Assembly (NCBI RefSeq): GCF_009914755.1
Contig: NC_060936.1
DNA length: 64,000 bases
Strand: one strand, 5' to 3'
DNA from: the human T2T-CHM13v2.0 reference genome, Homo sapiens
Shown here: piece after piece, positions 12,935 to 29,789 of the stretch
Position numbering within the stretch: position 1 is the stretch's first letter
Layout of the letters: each line of letters starts with the position of its first letter
Notes under the pieces: model-generated
Database searches by the model: none
What the model saw: only the letters and a program-made list of their open reading frames with translations
Told to the model about the DNA's origin: nothing
Translations under genes and position numbers: made by a program

Positions 12935-13545
12935 TGCCGTCTCCCCTCCTGCATCTACCTTTCCCAGCCTCCCCGACTCAGCAGACAGCAACTCTATCCG
13001 TGCAACTTGCTCAGCGACGGTCATTCTCTCTTCTCTTTGTCTCAGGCTCCTCGTCCAATTTATCACCCAATCCTATCGGCTCCACATTCACCACGTCTGC
13101 CCACCTGCCCTGCTACAACTTCTCTGGCCCCGTCTCTCATCTGGGTGCCTTGCTCCTGCCCATTCATCCGACAGTCCCTTCTCTGCACAGCAGCCAGAGT
13201 GAATCGTTAAGAGGTCAATCAGTTCGTGGAGCCCAGGGCGCTCCAGTTCCTTGAGAGTAAAAGCCAAGGTCCTCATAACCGCCCACAAGGTCCTGAGCCC
13301 ATCCGGTTCCCGTCGCTTGTCCAATAGCTCTCCTTCTCCCTCCTCCCGCTCCTTCTCCCTCCTCCCTCTCCTTCTTACTCCTCCTTCCAGCCACCCTGTC
13401 CTCTTCACAGTGACCCGGGCGGGGCAGCTGCCAGCCCAGCTTGGACCTTTCCATCCGCCTCAAGTTGACTTTTCTTTGATGTCCACATAGCTCATTCTAA
13501 AGTCTCCTTCAGGACATTGCCCAATTGGTAGTTTCTCACTTTTAC
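12935..13545 (+). mobile_element. L2a fragment (continues after the CA tract)
   Basis: gcaactctatcc...ttgctcag...tctgcacagcagccagagtgaatc...acaaggtcctg. Confidence 0.65.
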
Positions 13546-13560
13546 ACATTTGAAAGCTCC

Positions 13561-14066
13561 ACACACACACTCAGACACACACACATTCTCACACACACAG
13601 ACACACACACTCTCAGTCACCCTCTCACACACATTCAGACACACACACTCTCAGATACCCTCTCACACACACTCAGACACACACACACTCTCACACATTC
13701 AGACACACACACTCTCAGACACCCTCTCACACACTTTCAGACACACACACACACGCGCTCACATGCACACTTGACATACAGACACACACAACACAGACAC
13801 ACACAGTCAGATACATACACCAGACACAGACACACACATTCAGACACACACAGACATGCACTCAGACACACTCAACACACACTCAGACATACACACAGAC
13901 ACACACACACTTGACACACACACATCCAGACACACACACACTCAACACATTCACACACTCGACACAGACACATTTGATACACACACTTGACACACACTCG
14001 ACACACATTCAGACACACACAGACACACACACACACGACACACACACACATTCAGACACACACACA
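13561..14066. repeat. Complex (CA)n-rich microsatellite, about 500 bp
   Basis: acacac runs punctuated by ctcagac/attcagac/ttgac units. Confidence 0.95.
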
Positions 14067-14069
14067 GCT

Positions 14070-14280
14070 GAACTCATCTCCCTGCTTTGTTCTTCTTTCT
14101 AGCACTCATCACCGCGGACAGGCGACGCGTATTTGCTTATTTATTTGGGCACTGTCTGTTCCCCCTCATTAGGATGCCGTGTCCATGCAGGCAAGACCCT
14201 GTTTTCTGTGCATTTGCAACAGGGCTTGGTGCATGGTACCTGCTTGATAAATATGAGCATTGCTCAGATGCATGGATGAC
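14070..14280 (+). mobile_element. L2a 3' end
   Basis: tagcactcatcacc...tttgcttatttatttg...tccatgcaggcaagacc...ttgataaatatg. Confidence 0.6.
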
Positions 14281-15601
14281 TCTTTAGACAGTGGTAAGCA
14301 CTGCAATGGAGGTTTGCAGAACAACCTTGGCATAGAAGCAACAATGGCCATCTCTGCCTGCTGGAATTAGAGAATGATACAAAAAGGCATTTGAGTCTGA
14401 AGAATGAATTAGGATTTTCCAGGTGCATTGCAGAAAGAAAGATTCTGGGGGAGGAAAAGAGGGAGTCAAAAGCATGAAGATACCGACTGGCTTTGATCGA
14501 CTGTCCTAGCAATTTGGACGGAGAATGAGACTGAGGAGGGAGGTTTTTCATTGTGGTGGTAAACCAAATGGGCTTTGAGGACACACCAGACAGGGAGGAT
14601 GTGAGAGAGGGAGCACTTCATGTTTTTGAGCTTGTCTGGGCACATGTGATGTTCTTAAATATTAACAGGGAGAAAGGGTCCAAGGAAGAGAAGCAGGGCT
14701 CATAGAAAAATACAAGTTCATCTTGAGTTTAAAGTATCTGGGCACTATTTCAACGAGGAGGTTCAATATATAGCTGGAAAGAAAGTTCTGGAACGAAGAG
14801 GAATGGGTGGATCCCGATGGAGGAAAAACAAAGTAAGAAGAGAAGAAAAACTAGGGCTCCCAGAGCAACAAAAACCCACACGTGCTAAGCCAGTGGGCTG
14901 CAGATATGTGTGATTTGACAAGCATCTTCTCCTTCAGGGTTGCTCAAAATTTTGGATGTGAATAGGTGTTTATCCAAGAAAGTAAGAAATAAAAGTGAGT
15001 CCTTCACCACAGAGGGTTTGAGAAACAAGGCTCATGTTCACTGTACTCCTCACCAAACCCCTTACTTTTTGTACCTGCACCTCCAAACACTGAGGACATC
15101 TGCCTGGACCATTCGTTCATTTGTGTTCAGGACCTCTGAGCTAAAGAAACAACTGATGAGAAGAGGCTAATTAAGGAGACAGATGAGGAGTGATCACACA
15201 GGAGAGATCAGCAGAGAAGAAGGGTGGCAAAGGGATGCTGCTGCGCTCCATCCACAGTTCTTAAGTTGCTATGATTGGTTTGTAACTGGTATCATGGTTA
15301 TTGATTGTATTTCTAAGAATGTTCACACTTAGATCGATGCTAATTGACTCTGCATACATGCACACTGACACACTGCATCAGAGTCAAAGTCCAGCTATAA
15401 ATGTAGCCTCAGATAGAACGTGGCAGAGCCAGAGCTCATAGCACAGCTCTAGAGCCTCCGCGCTGAACTACGATTGCCTCTCTGTAGCTGTGGAGGCCAC
15501 ACACACACGTGCACAGAGGCAACCTTCAGAGAAATAAAACTTTCATGAACTGTCATTAATCAGAGGTGTCTCTTCAGGTGAGGCAACAGCTTAATTTTTA
15601 G

Positions 15602-15936
<335 letters not shown>

Positions 15937-16225
15937 TAGAATCTCTCTCTTAATGGGTGAAACTTCCTTCAAGAAAGACACAGAGTATGTAGACCTGGCT
16001 CACGGTACTTGTACATTCTTGAGAATTGTCCATGTACCATTCTGTCATCTGCCAAGAAAGTCAGTTAGTGCATCTTTTCCAGTCTACATGCCTTTTAATC
16101 CTTTTCCCTTCCTGTGGCAGTGGTTAGCAAAGCCAGTGAATGTTGAAGGGAGTGGGAGAAGATGCATCCCATCCCCATTCCCTCTCCTGGATAGAAAGCA
16201 TTCAGTCCGTCTCTACTGACGATGA

Positions 16226-16556
<331 letters not shown>

Positions 16557-16837
16557 AGATGCCCTTTATTATATGGAGAAAGTTATTTTCTAATCCTAGT
16601 GTTCTGAGAATTTTCATCATAAATGGTGTTGGTTCTGCATCTACTTATGGTTTGACCTCTCTATTCCATTAATATGGTGAAAGACTATGATGGACCAACA
16701 TTGCAGAATTACAGTATTTCCAAATAACAGGCCTATTCGTAAGTGGTAAAGAATGGAACTCAGAGGCCACAAGGTCCTGTGTCATGGTTATGGAATTGTC
16801 TTACTGGTTGACTTTTAAAAGCCAAGAGTTTCACTCC

Positions 16838-17146
16838 CTACCAGAGGGTGGGAGGGGAGGAGCAGGGAAAGCTGGGAAGGGGTTGGTCAGCGGGTACAAA
16901 GGTATAGTACTAGAGGAGGCATCAGTTCTGCTGTGCTGCACCATAGTAGGGTGACTAGCACTCACAATAATGTATATTTTGAAGTAGCTAGAAGAGAGGT
17001 TTTTGGATGTTTGCCTCACCAAAAAAAAAATAAATGTTTAAGCCAATGAAAATGATCATCACACAATGTATACATGTATCAAAACATCATGTTGTACCCC
17101 ATAAATATGTACAATTACTATGTGTCAATCATACTTTAACAAAAAA
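16838..17146 (+). mobile_element. L1MA 3' end
   Basis: gggtacaaa...gtagggtgactag...tagctagaagagagg...acatcatgttgtaccccataaatatgtacaatta. Confidence 0.8.
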
Positions 17147-17274
17147 GCCAAAAGTATCACATTTAAAATCTTTGATTTCTGGTTTCTGAAAATTCAGAAG
17201 GTTTGGCAGTGTTGGGCCCACATTTCCTCATTGTGGACATAATTCCTGCTGCCCTCTGGAGATGAGAGTGTTCC

Positions 17275-17656
17275 TGTATTAATCCATTTTCACAATGCTA
17301 TAAAGACATAACTGAGACCTGGTAATTTACAGAGAAAAGAGGTTTAATTGGCTCACAGTTCCTCAGGCTCTACAGGAATCATGACTGGGGGAGCCTCAGG
17401 AAACTTACAATCATGGTGGGAGGCAAAGGAGGAGTAAGCTAGTCTTAACCATGGCAGAGCAGGAGAGAGCGAGCGAGTGGGCACATGACGCACTTTGAAA
17501 CCATCAGTTGTCTGTGAGAACTCACTCGCTATTAAGAGAACAGCAAGGGGTAAATCCACCCTGTGATCTAATCACCTCCCACCATGTCCCTCCCCTGACA
17601 TGGGGGGATTACAATTTGTGATGAGATTTGGGTGGGGACACACAGCCAAACCATCA
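17275..17656 (-). mobile_element. MaLR solo LTR (MSTA-like)
   Basis: tgtattaatccattttcac...gagatttgggtggggacacacagccaaaccatca; gttcc/gtccc flanks. Confidence 0.9.
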
Positions 17657-20600
17657 GTCCCCACAGCATTTCCTGTGTCGCCCCCACCAGCCAGCCTCCA
17701 GCTCCCTGCATCCACCAGAGTCCCAGAAAGCACTGACTCAGGACCCTGCCCTTAAGTTGTTTGTTAAAACATAAAGATAACTTTGGAAGGCATTTGCTTT
17801 GGGGCTCCCCAGCCAAGGTGACAGATGTTTTCATTATCACTCTGTGATAAACTGCAAAGAAGTGCATTTTTTTGGTGCATTAAACATGGATTGTCCAACA
17901 AAGCCATGTCTGCATAACAAACTAGGATTTGCAACTTCGCTACAAACACCAGGATGACTTTGTCTCCTGTTAAAGTGGAATCCTAGGAGAGTTTAAAGGC
18001 ATTTCTAAATAGCGCTTTTGGAAATAAAGCTGATATTAGTACAATCTCACTCCTTGTCCCTGCACTATCCTCCCTTAATACTTTCTCTTCCTTGAGATCT
18101 TAATTAAAACTAATCTCATCAGGGACTCTAATTCATACAACATTAATCTTGTATAATGTGTCATCAAACTTCAACTGTTATTTGCTTAACAAAATCCCAA
18201 TTCTTTAAAATGATAATGAGAGAAATATCAATTTGCCAACACACCATCCCCTCATACTACTGGGAAGATTTTTTATGGATCATAACCCCAGCCATTCAGA
18301 CAGGGAGATAAATCTATATAACTTCAATATTTAATAAAGAAATACCAAAAAGGTGTGAAAATGTTGCTATATTTTAAGTGCAATGTTTACAATTTCACAC
18401 ACACATGCGCACACACACACACCCCCCTCAATGCATGTATAGCATTATCGGAATATAACTGAAAACATACAAATGTAAAAAACTCCAAGAGTGTGAGACT
18501 TAAGTCAAATGTCTCTTTGTGAATACTATTCCTCTCTTTAACTCAGATTAAAGGCCCTGATTTTGTCAACATCTCTATGCAGGAATTTCTAAAGAAAGCC
18601 AGCAAATTAAATGTTCATGCCTCAAAACAGTGTAGAATAAGTCATAAGACCTTTACGTCCACATGAGCTCTGTCAAAGCATCCTTCCATGAGATTTGGAA
18701 ATTTGAAACCTGTCTTATATTTCATCCAGAGGGTTTTACCTGATAATCTATGCTTCGATTAGGACTGTCTAGCCGCATGCAAGAGCAGCAGTGCTGGCCA
18801 AAGCTATGCCATTTAGGGAGGAAGTTTCACCTATGCTATGGACAATGGGCCCTGAAACAAAACTAAACTTGCGGGAAAGGACAGGGCCCTGTGCAGCTTT
18901 GGGGATCCAGGTGTAAGAACCAGGAAGGATCATCTCCAAGATGTCACAGTTGTGATACATAAGCTCTTGTCATGGCTGGTGGTTACATGTCATTCCACTG
19001 GGGACTGGCTCAGATGGGACCACTTACTACTTGGCGAGGAGGAAGGAGGTATCCTAATTGACATTTCCACCAAAACTTCATCCAAAGGAGGAAGGGTGGT
19101 CCCCCCAAAGCAACTTTGGTGAGAAGCTATTAGAAGAAAAGGGAGTGGATGTTGGACAGGCAAAAGACACAGATGTCCTCTGCCCTGTGCATACGGATTT
19201 TAGTACAGTTTCATGCCCTTGTTATATGTGACTTTCAAGACCAAAAGTCATGGCTAACAGGACAAGTAAAGTGAAACATTATCTCTCACAAAGCTGCAGA
19301 TGGATGTTTAAACTTAGGCTTCTCTGTAAACCCGGGTTTACTAGAACCACGTCTGTTGGTGCAGCTATCCTGGGATTTAGGGATGTGCTCAGCATTTATA
19401 TCAGAACCTCCTGGAGTGAAGGCCTCATGGGCGATATTCTTCATCATTGTCCAAAAAGTGTACAAAGGGTTGCAATATTGAAAAATTCACAAATGCAATG
19501 CAATGTGGAGAGGCTTTAAAGCCAACGGCTCTTGCATTATTCAGATCTAAAAGAAATCAGAAAGTATCTTTTTCTTGAAACTTAATCTAATTGATTAAAG
19601 CAAGAATTGTTTTGTACGAGTCTTCCTAACGTTCTCCAAATCACAAAAAGATTCCAGGAAAAACGCTGCAGCCCCAATCCTGGACTTTCACAAATCAGTG
19701 AGCACACTTATTCAAACAATTTAAAATAATTTAAAATGCTTTTCTTATCCCCTAAAAATAAGGGTAGACTGACAACTTAATTGAAAAAAGACATACACAC
19801 TCATACACAATCACACGATATTCAGCAAGTACTGGAAATGAAACACTTAAAATCCGTCAATCTCAACAAAAGGAAATTAAAATGGTACATTTTTTGCGTG
19901 TTTCCTATTATGCAAGACACATTTGCCACCTGATGACTCTACAGGACAGGAATCTCTATGCATGCAGGGCACCCTGCTAACCGTGCTGGGAAAATATTTT
20001 CAAGTATTACTTCATTTTTCCCCCTATAATTCTTTCTCATCTTTGTCATAACCTTTCGCTTCATTCCTTTTCCTGATGTCTTCCCCTATTATTCCTCCAC
20101 TAGAGCCTGATAACCTCCAGCCGTCAAATTCCCCTTTATGTTCTAGCATAGGTGTGAAGAATAAACAGCAACTTTGGCTTTTGAGTTTTAAACACCAAGG
20201 TCCATCCAGCCCTATGCAATAGATTTCAGAGAATACAGGCATTATCCCAAGTCTTAGAGATTAATTCTCTGGTTTGAAGAAGAAGAAGAGATATGAAGAA
20301 AAGAGCGGGAAAAGTAGGTGCTGGCAACAGCTTCTGAGAAGGATTCTTCACCCCGCCTGACCTTAAAGCTCCCTCCAAGGCAAGTTGGACAGAGAAGAAA
20401 CAGAATCCCTATCAGATATCCAGGTCCAAAGCAGAAAGAATATATGCCATAAATTCATATGCAGAATCTTAGGCATCAAAAGTGATCAGAGTTCCCCCAG
20501 TCCAGCATAGCAAGACAATCAGAGAGTTGACATGTCTGGATGCTAAGTCTGGAACTTTGAGAAGCTAAGGCAACAACACTCAGAATCTCATGACCCCAAG

Positions 20601-22199
20601 GAAGAACAGGAGAGCTGTTACCAAAAGAGTTCATGCTCTGAAAGAATCCAGGTTGTGACTGATAGAATGAGGTCTGGACCACACAGCCAGGGACCAGACA
20701 AGAAGATGGGGTTCTTGGATGATGTCAACATGGAAAGGTTAGTCATGGCTGAGATCAGGCGGGACACAGTAGAGGGCAGAGGAGAAGACACCTTCCCTTG
20801 ACCTGAAATTTAGACTCATTTACAGAGAAAAAGGGATGGCCATAAAATTCTAAAGATTAAGTTTAAAACCAAAGTGCTTTTTACTTAAGGAGCCTGAAAA
20901 ATCACATTCATTACATTAAGGCAGTTAAAAGAAAGACCAAAGAGACAGCGATTTTGCCTTTGATACCACACAGTCTAGACAAAGACTCAGAGACTAAAAT
21001 AGAAAAACATTTCAACTTACACTTACATAGGGACTGGAGGCATCTTGTGTTATCTTTAGAAAGTCAAGCAGAAATGGGTTTGGAAAAGGCCACCACGTTT
21101 GTCACCACTACCACACGGTGACATCTAGGCATTTTCCTATAGCAATAATATAAAAAAATTTTCCAAAACTTGGAATCAAAGCAGTTGGTAACTCCTGTCC
21201 TTTCAATGTTATTGTTTCTTAGGCTCCCCCAAGGATTATTTCATTATCTAGGAGAAAGGCACCTGTGTTTGACTTTGCTATTTGCCACTGGATTGGAGTT
21301 CACACACAGTGAAGCCACATGCTAACTTGTAACTATGGCTTTTTGCCCAAATGGACATTAACTAGTGTTGCAGCTAATTTAGCAAGATCAGTATCATATT
21401 CCTTTTCCAAATTGCTTATAAGTATCTACCTCTCCAAAGGTTTTTTGAGCCAGTCTTACCATCTCTCTGGTTCTCTCATTAATGAATAAGGTGCATAAAA
21501 TCTTTAACACATACTGATATTCTATTTTTACGAAAAGTGTGCTATTACACTTTCGAGTAGTATGCTTTGACACTACAAGGGGGATAGGTTGCTGGATTAG
21601 TGCATTATATGGACAGCAGCTGGAATGGCTGCCCTTAGACTATCAGAGGTGATCTGGGTCCTGGGAGTGGGAGCCCCCTGTGACCCGATCGCTCATCAGG
21701 GTCTGGTGGTTTCAGAGGCAAACAAAGCAAATTGGTGCCACCAAAACTCATAGCTGGTCTCTAGGCACTAGTTATCTTTTTATGCCCCTTTTGTCTATTA
21801 TTAGGTGAAGAAAGAAAGTAGACTGTTTCTCTAGCACCCTGTCATTAGTTTATTAATTTGAATCTGGAAAGATAGGGAAGAGAATGGGCTAGACTTTAGA
21901 GAGCATACTCTGTTTCAGAGAAGGTAAAGCAGATGAGGAAATCTCTCTCCACCTCCACCCATTCCTGTCCCAAGCACCGGTAAAACCTACCTTTCACCAA
22001 TGCCCCATCTATCGTCTTAGAGTCGAACTTTCTCACATTCTGGTCATGCCCACCCTATCTCCAACACACGTGGGGAAAATTCCCCAGTGTAGTTGAGCTC
22101 ACATAGAACCCAAAAATGTCCATAATACACAAATCTGAATAAAATCAAGAACAAGTGCCCTGTTTGTCCTGTGACAGGCCTATTTCACCAGGATAATGA

Positions 22200-22455
22200 G
22201 GTGGACAAATGCTGTATGATTCTTTTCATAGGAGGTCTCTAAGCTGGTCAGACTCAGGGAGGCGAAGAGTAGAATAGTGGGAGCCAGGGGATAGAGGTAG
22301 TGGAAATGAGACACTGCTGTTCAACAAGTTTAACGTTTCAGCTATGCAAAATGTGTAGGTTCCGGGGGTCTTCTGCTGGAAGACATTGTGCCTAGAGTTC
22401 ACAATACCATACTGTACACTTAAGAATTTATTAAGTGGGTTAAATGTCCTTACCA
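22200..22455 (+). mobile_element. L1MB 3' end fragment
   Basis: gacaaatgctgtatgattc...gagtagaatagtgg...actgtacacttaagaattt...ccataataaa. Confidence 0.75.
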
Positions 22456-22489
22456 TAATAAAGAAGAGAAAAACAAACTCTGAATCAGG

Positions 22490-22900
22490 CATATCCACAC
22501 CATGGAATATTATTTAACTTTAAAAAGGAAGGAAATTTTGACACACACTATAACATGAATGACCCTTGGGGACACTATGCTAAGTGAAACAAGCCAGTCA
22601 CGAAGGACAAATATTGTATGATTCCACTTATAAGAGATCTTTAATCAAATTTATGCAGACAGAAAGTAGCATGGCAGCTGTCAAGGGCTGGGGAAGTCGT
22701 AAACAGGGAGTTTATGTTTAAGGGGTGCAGAGCTGCAGCTTCGGAGGATGCAAGAGTTCTGGAGATGGATAAGGGTGATGGCTGCACAACGTATGTGAAC
22801 ATGCCAAATGCCACTGAACTGTACACTTAGAATTAGTTAAGGTGGTAAATTATGTGGGATGTATATTTTACCAGAATTAAAATTACAATTTTAAAAAGAA
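22490..22900 (+). mobile_element. L1MB3-like 3' end
   Basis: catggaatattatt...aaaaggaaggaaattttgacac...gttctggagatggat...ccactgaactgtacactta. Confidence 0.85.
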
Positions 22901-23569
22901 AAGCGAACCAATTCTCTAAAGAAGAATTCTATTGAGTTTCAGAATAATTGAAACCTAGCTTGTTCACCACCTGCCTGGCTATGCAGCACAACTGTCCATG
23001 CCGCTCCAGCATTCCGCTTTCTGCAACCCTTGCTTGCTTGCCTTCAGGCTGTGGAAGGTTGCGCCCTGATGTTCCCTTTTCTGGTGGATGTCAGAGTCTC
23101 TCTCCCTCCCCAGGTTTGTCTCCCTCCCTCTTCCTGTTAGCCTTCCCATGCCACCTTTCCAACCAATGCTATTCCTTAATAGATGCTAGGTCCTGTCATG
23201 GCAGATACTTGGGGGTTACAAACAAACAGAAAGGGAACATCATCTTTTGCAATAATTATGAAAAGGAATACAGGCTGAAGTTGGGGTCACAGGAAAAATG
23301 AGAAGAATGCTCTCCAATTTGGTTATTCATCTTTTATAACTATAAAGCAGTCTTAAAGTTTTCATATCAAAAAACAGCTTTAAATGCTGCCCCAGTTTAC
23401 CAGCTCGCAGACCCTGTCATTATTTTAGAAATTACTAATGCTTGTGGGATGATGGAATTCTGCTATTAAAGAATAACCCATTATGAGATGTCTTTTTTTC
23501 CCCTCCTTAATCTCATGTATTTGCAGAGGGGTCATTGCTTAAAGGTTGCCAATTTTGTTTTTCTGACTG

Positions 23570-24785
<1,216 letters not shown>

Positions 24786-25069
24786 CTAACACATATCATA
24801 GGTAGTGCCAATTCCTTTAATAACAGATATGAAATTTGGCAGCTTCTGTACTTGTTTAAAATACTTCCAACCTAAATATTTTCTAAAGGGCTCCAGAATT
24901 AGGAGTATTAAAATTTCAGTACCTTGGAAAATTCTGCTCATAGTTATTGTTTTTGGAAAACATATTTTGGAAGCTCAGAGAAATACTGTATAATGTCCTA
25001 GCCTCAAATCTATTGAGGTGATCTAGTAATTTTATAGAGGTACAAACTGAATCAATTGAAAGGCAATAA

Positions 25070-25411
<342 letters not shown>

Positions 25412-25639
25412 TAAAATTTCTTAGCCACCAAGCTCTGTTACTACATTGTGACTACCAATTTGGACAAAATTAAGAAAAACAATGTGTTAGGGTTTGGCCT
25501 TCAGTCATTTTTACATGCTGTTGATAAGAGCGTAAATTAGGACAACTTTTATGAGAGAAATCGGCTCTAAGATCCAAAGGCCCTTTGAACTAGCAGTTGA
25601 GAACGGAAGGAAGCCTTACTCCCGTGGCACTACAATGCT

Positions 25640-25830
25640 AACGCTAGATCAGGCACTTAGTCACCATGGGAAGATAGGCAGGTTCGTTCACTGCTCAAGC
25701 TTCAGTTTGCTTCTCTGTAAAAGAGAGTTTATTCCAACGCCTTGCTCATTACATGAGAGAGTAGGTAAAAGTCCCAGTGCCAGTGCCAGACATATTCCAT
25801 CATTCAATATATTTTAGCAATTATTTGTAT
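25640..25830 (+). mobile_element. MIR SINE
   Basis: gcttcagtttgcttctctgtaaaag...cagtgccagacata...tcaatatattttagc. Confidence 0.55.
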
Positions 25831-26084
25831 CCATTCTACATCTAGGAATCTATCCTAAATAGATCCTAAAGGAAAAATCAGAGATAGACAAATGTTGATG
25901 TATACAGCTGTGTTACCAACATATTATTAACAATAAACACTAGAAGCAAAGTCATTTTCCTAAACCATGAAACCATAGGTTTTCTAGAGTAGTGGGAGAA
26001 TACAAGATAAGCCATGAAAATCAGATTCTCAAGACATTTAAATATTTGGTGGTGCTGTGGGCCGTGGATGCCTTCTTATTTGCC

Positions 26085-26378
26085 TTTTTTTTTTTGAGAC
26101 AGGGTCTTGCTCTGTTGCCCAGACTGGAGTACAGTGGTGCAATCATAGCTCACTGCAGCCTCTAATTCCTGGATTCAAGCAATCCTCTGCCTCAGCCTCC
26201 TAAGAAGTTGGGGCGACAGGTGTTTGCCATCACACCTGGCTAATTTTTTAAATTTTATTGTAGAGATGGAGTCTCGCTATGCTTTCCAGGCTGGCCTCGA
26301 ACTCCTGGGCTCAAGCAATCCTTCTGCCTTGGCCTCCCAAAGTGCTGAGATTACAGGCATGAGCCACTGTGCCCAGCC
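26085..26378 (-). mobile_element. AluJ
   Basis: gacagggtcttgctctg...atcatagctcactgcagcctc...ctcctgggctcaagcaatcc. Confidence 0.93.
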
Positions 26379-26481
26379 CATCTCCTCTTTTTGAACACAC
26401 GGGAAGTCTGCCTTTCCCAGTATCCCCTGAAACCTGAATGATGTTATATGACTTAAGTCTTAGTGCAACAGACAGAAATGA

Positions 26482-26818
<337 letters not shown>

Positions 26819-27157
26819 CTTTTTTTTTTTTCTTTTTTTAAGTTCTGGGATACATGTGCAGAATGTGCAGGTTTGCTACATAGGTATACATGTGCCATGG
26901 TGGTGTGCTGCACCCATCAACCCCTCCTCTAGGTTTTAAGCCCTGCATGCATTAGGAATTTGTCCTAATGCTCTCCATCCCCTTTCTCTGCAACCCCCAA
27001 CAGGCCCCGTGTGTGATGTTCCCCTCCGTGTGTCCGTGTGTTCTCATTGTTCAACTCCCACTTATGGGTCAGAACATGTGGTGTTTGGTTTTCTGTTCCT
27101 GTGTTAGTTTGCTGAGAATGATGGTTTCCAGCTTCATCCATGTCCCTGCAAAGGACA
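26819..27157 (-). mobile_element. L1PA8-like 3' end (5'-truncated)
   Basis: aagttctgggatacatgtgcagaatgtgcagg...ggttttaagccctgcatgcattagg...catccatgtccctgcaaaggaca. Confidence 0.9.
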
Positions 27158-28029
27158 CAACTGTTTCTTTATAAGTTCTACACATACTGATTTAGTGTTA
27201 GTGGGGAAAAGAAAAAAAAAACAGGCGGGGTTTTCATTCAGCAGCAGACAATGGATGCGGGAGGAACTGGAGAGATCAGAAATGTGGTAAACGCTGGTTT
27301 GGTTGCCTCCCATAAAGGACCTCGTTCCAGTGTCATCCTCCTCATCCCCAGAGTCACTTGGATCTGTAAGCCTTGACTGTTGGTTCAATGTCTCGGTCAC
27401 CATCACCAGCCCCCATCTTAGACCCCAGGATGGACTCTAGGGCTGGACCACCATGATGAAAGACGGTGGGCACGGTTCCTGCACACTTCTGGAGGCGGGT
27501 GCAGCACCACGATGGATCTGACCTCCCACCTGGCTGCCCCCAAAGGGCCACTAAGCGCCTGGAACTGCAGAGAAGTCACTGCCCACAGAGCTATGAACTA
27601 GTGATACTCGGGAGTCAGGAAGGAGTTGGCAGAACGAGCCATTCCCATCCTCCCAGGCCTCTGAGGGCCTCTCAAGACACAAGCACGTGAACAAGGCACT
27701 GCTGTGTTTTCTGGCGAAGGTCAGGCAACTTCGCAGACAACGCTTCCCACTCACTTCCCTGTTCCCTGTCACTCTTCTGCTCTCTCTCGGTTCTCCGCGG
27801 TTGGCCACAGCTCCCCTCCCTTCCACAATAAAGTATAACATGTAAGTATTCCCACGCGGTCTGCTTTCACAGGGGATTTGGGCTACGATAACTCCCAACA
27901 AGCCCTCCAATAAGCCTCTATCCCCTTTTAACTTCCAACTTCTGTTTGAAGCTACAACAGGTTCCTAGGAAGCTGCCTCCACAAATCCCTACCCCAGAAA
28001 TGAGCCTGCAAGATCTCAGCCAAGTCACC

Positions 28030-28420
28030 AGATTGTTTAATTCTCCTGACCAGCAGCAACTGGCACGCAAGTAAGCACATGGCCAAAATGGGTCCTAGGA
28101 GAGTGAATGTCAGGATGTTATATTCAAATACTGGATTAAAGTGCTCACAACACCTCGGGCCTGGAATCAGCACTGCAATTTTTCTGTCATGAGAAACTCC
28201 AGCCTGCAGATAAAGATGAGACATGAAGAAGAAGATTAGGACAATTAGAAAAGGGAACCTGGGGCTCCAACTGCACACTTAAGCCCCTGGATCAATCTGT
28301 TCCTGATGCCAAAAGAGCTCTAAATGTTGCAATTATGTGTGTCCATTTTTTTCTACTGTCTAAACCGATTTGAGCTGCCTATTCTGTTATTTGCAAACAC
28401 AACATCCTAGCTGAGGGAAG
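28030..28420 (+). mobile_element. Old MLT1 (K/L-like) LTR relic
   Basis: agcacatggccaaaatgggtcc...agcccctggatcaatctgttcctgatgcc...tctgttatttgcaaac. Confidence 0.5.
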
Positions 28421-29172
28421 GGATGGATATGTGATTGACTAAAGTATTTCAAAACTAATTTCCTAGTCCCAATGGGAACATGAGCTGCCACTCTCTGCTT
28501 GGTTAAGATGGGCAGATTGAATTTTTTAAAAAAAATCAACTGATACTTTTCCAAAAAGATTTGTTTTTTTAAATCCCAGAACAAGACACTATTACCACAG
28601 CGAGCCCATCCGTGTGCAGACCATCATTCCCATGATGTTTCAAGTCCCTGTTCTGTGCAGGTGTTTTGCTCTGTCTTCTTTTCACCCTTCTGAAGTCTCA
28701 GGCAGGTAGACTCATTTTAAGGGCAGCATTAGTGTTCTGCCTTCATAAGCACGGAGGGGAAACAGACAGTGCTAATGGCTGGAGATGCGTCATCAAAGCT
28801 GCAAACCCTTGGGCTTTCTGTCACACATAACTTCTCCTGACATGGAACCTGGCCCGGTTCACTGGAGCCAGGCAGTCTGTTTCTAGAGCCTTTAAACATA
28901 TATTGTACAAATCAACGGGTTTATCCTTGTTTGGGGAGATGAACTGAAAGCAACTGTTATCACTATAACAGTTCTATGCACGGAGGAGCTGAAAAAGCTG
29001 TCTAATATGTTTTGTACCACCCGTGCAAACTCGCTAGGGTGGGTGGAAAGCAGCTATTGAACTCTGCAGTTGTTGTTCTTCCTACACCCTGCTTGAAATG
29101 TACAAAAAGAAACATGCTATGCAGATGGAATCAACAGCCCACTAGCTCAGCGCTCCACGGCACCTTTTCTAA

Positions 29173-29592
<420 letters not shown>

Positions 29593-29789
29593 TAGATTTC
29601 TGGCTTTTTTTTTTTTTTTCTGAAATAGTAGAATATCAGCAGCTTTAGGTTTGGCACTTGGAACGCCAATAATTGACTGATACTGAGCTATAAGGCCTAC
29701 CTGTCCGCATACCAGCTTGCTTCACTCCATGGGTAACTGGTCCCAGAGGTTATGTGAGTTGATGGCACCTTCTTTGAAAGCATGTTCTG

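Noticed and set aside
13525-14172. His/Thr-rich ORFs
   Set aside because: Translation of the CA microsatellite.
22065-22097. Small hairpin containing gtggggaaaattccc, also present at 5460-5474
   Set aside because: A few shared 15-mers are expected by chance in 64 kb; the spacing is not a canonical NF-kB site.
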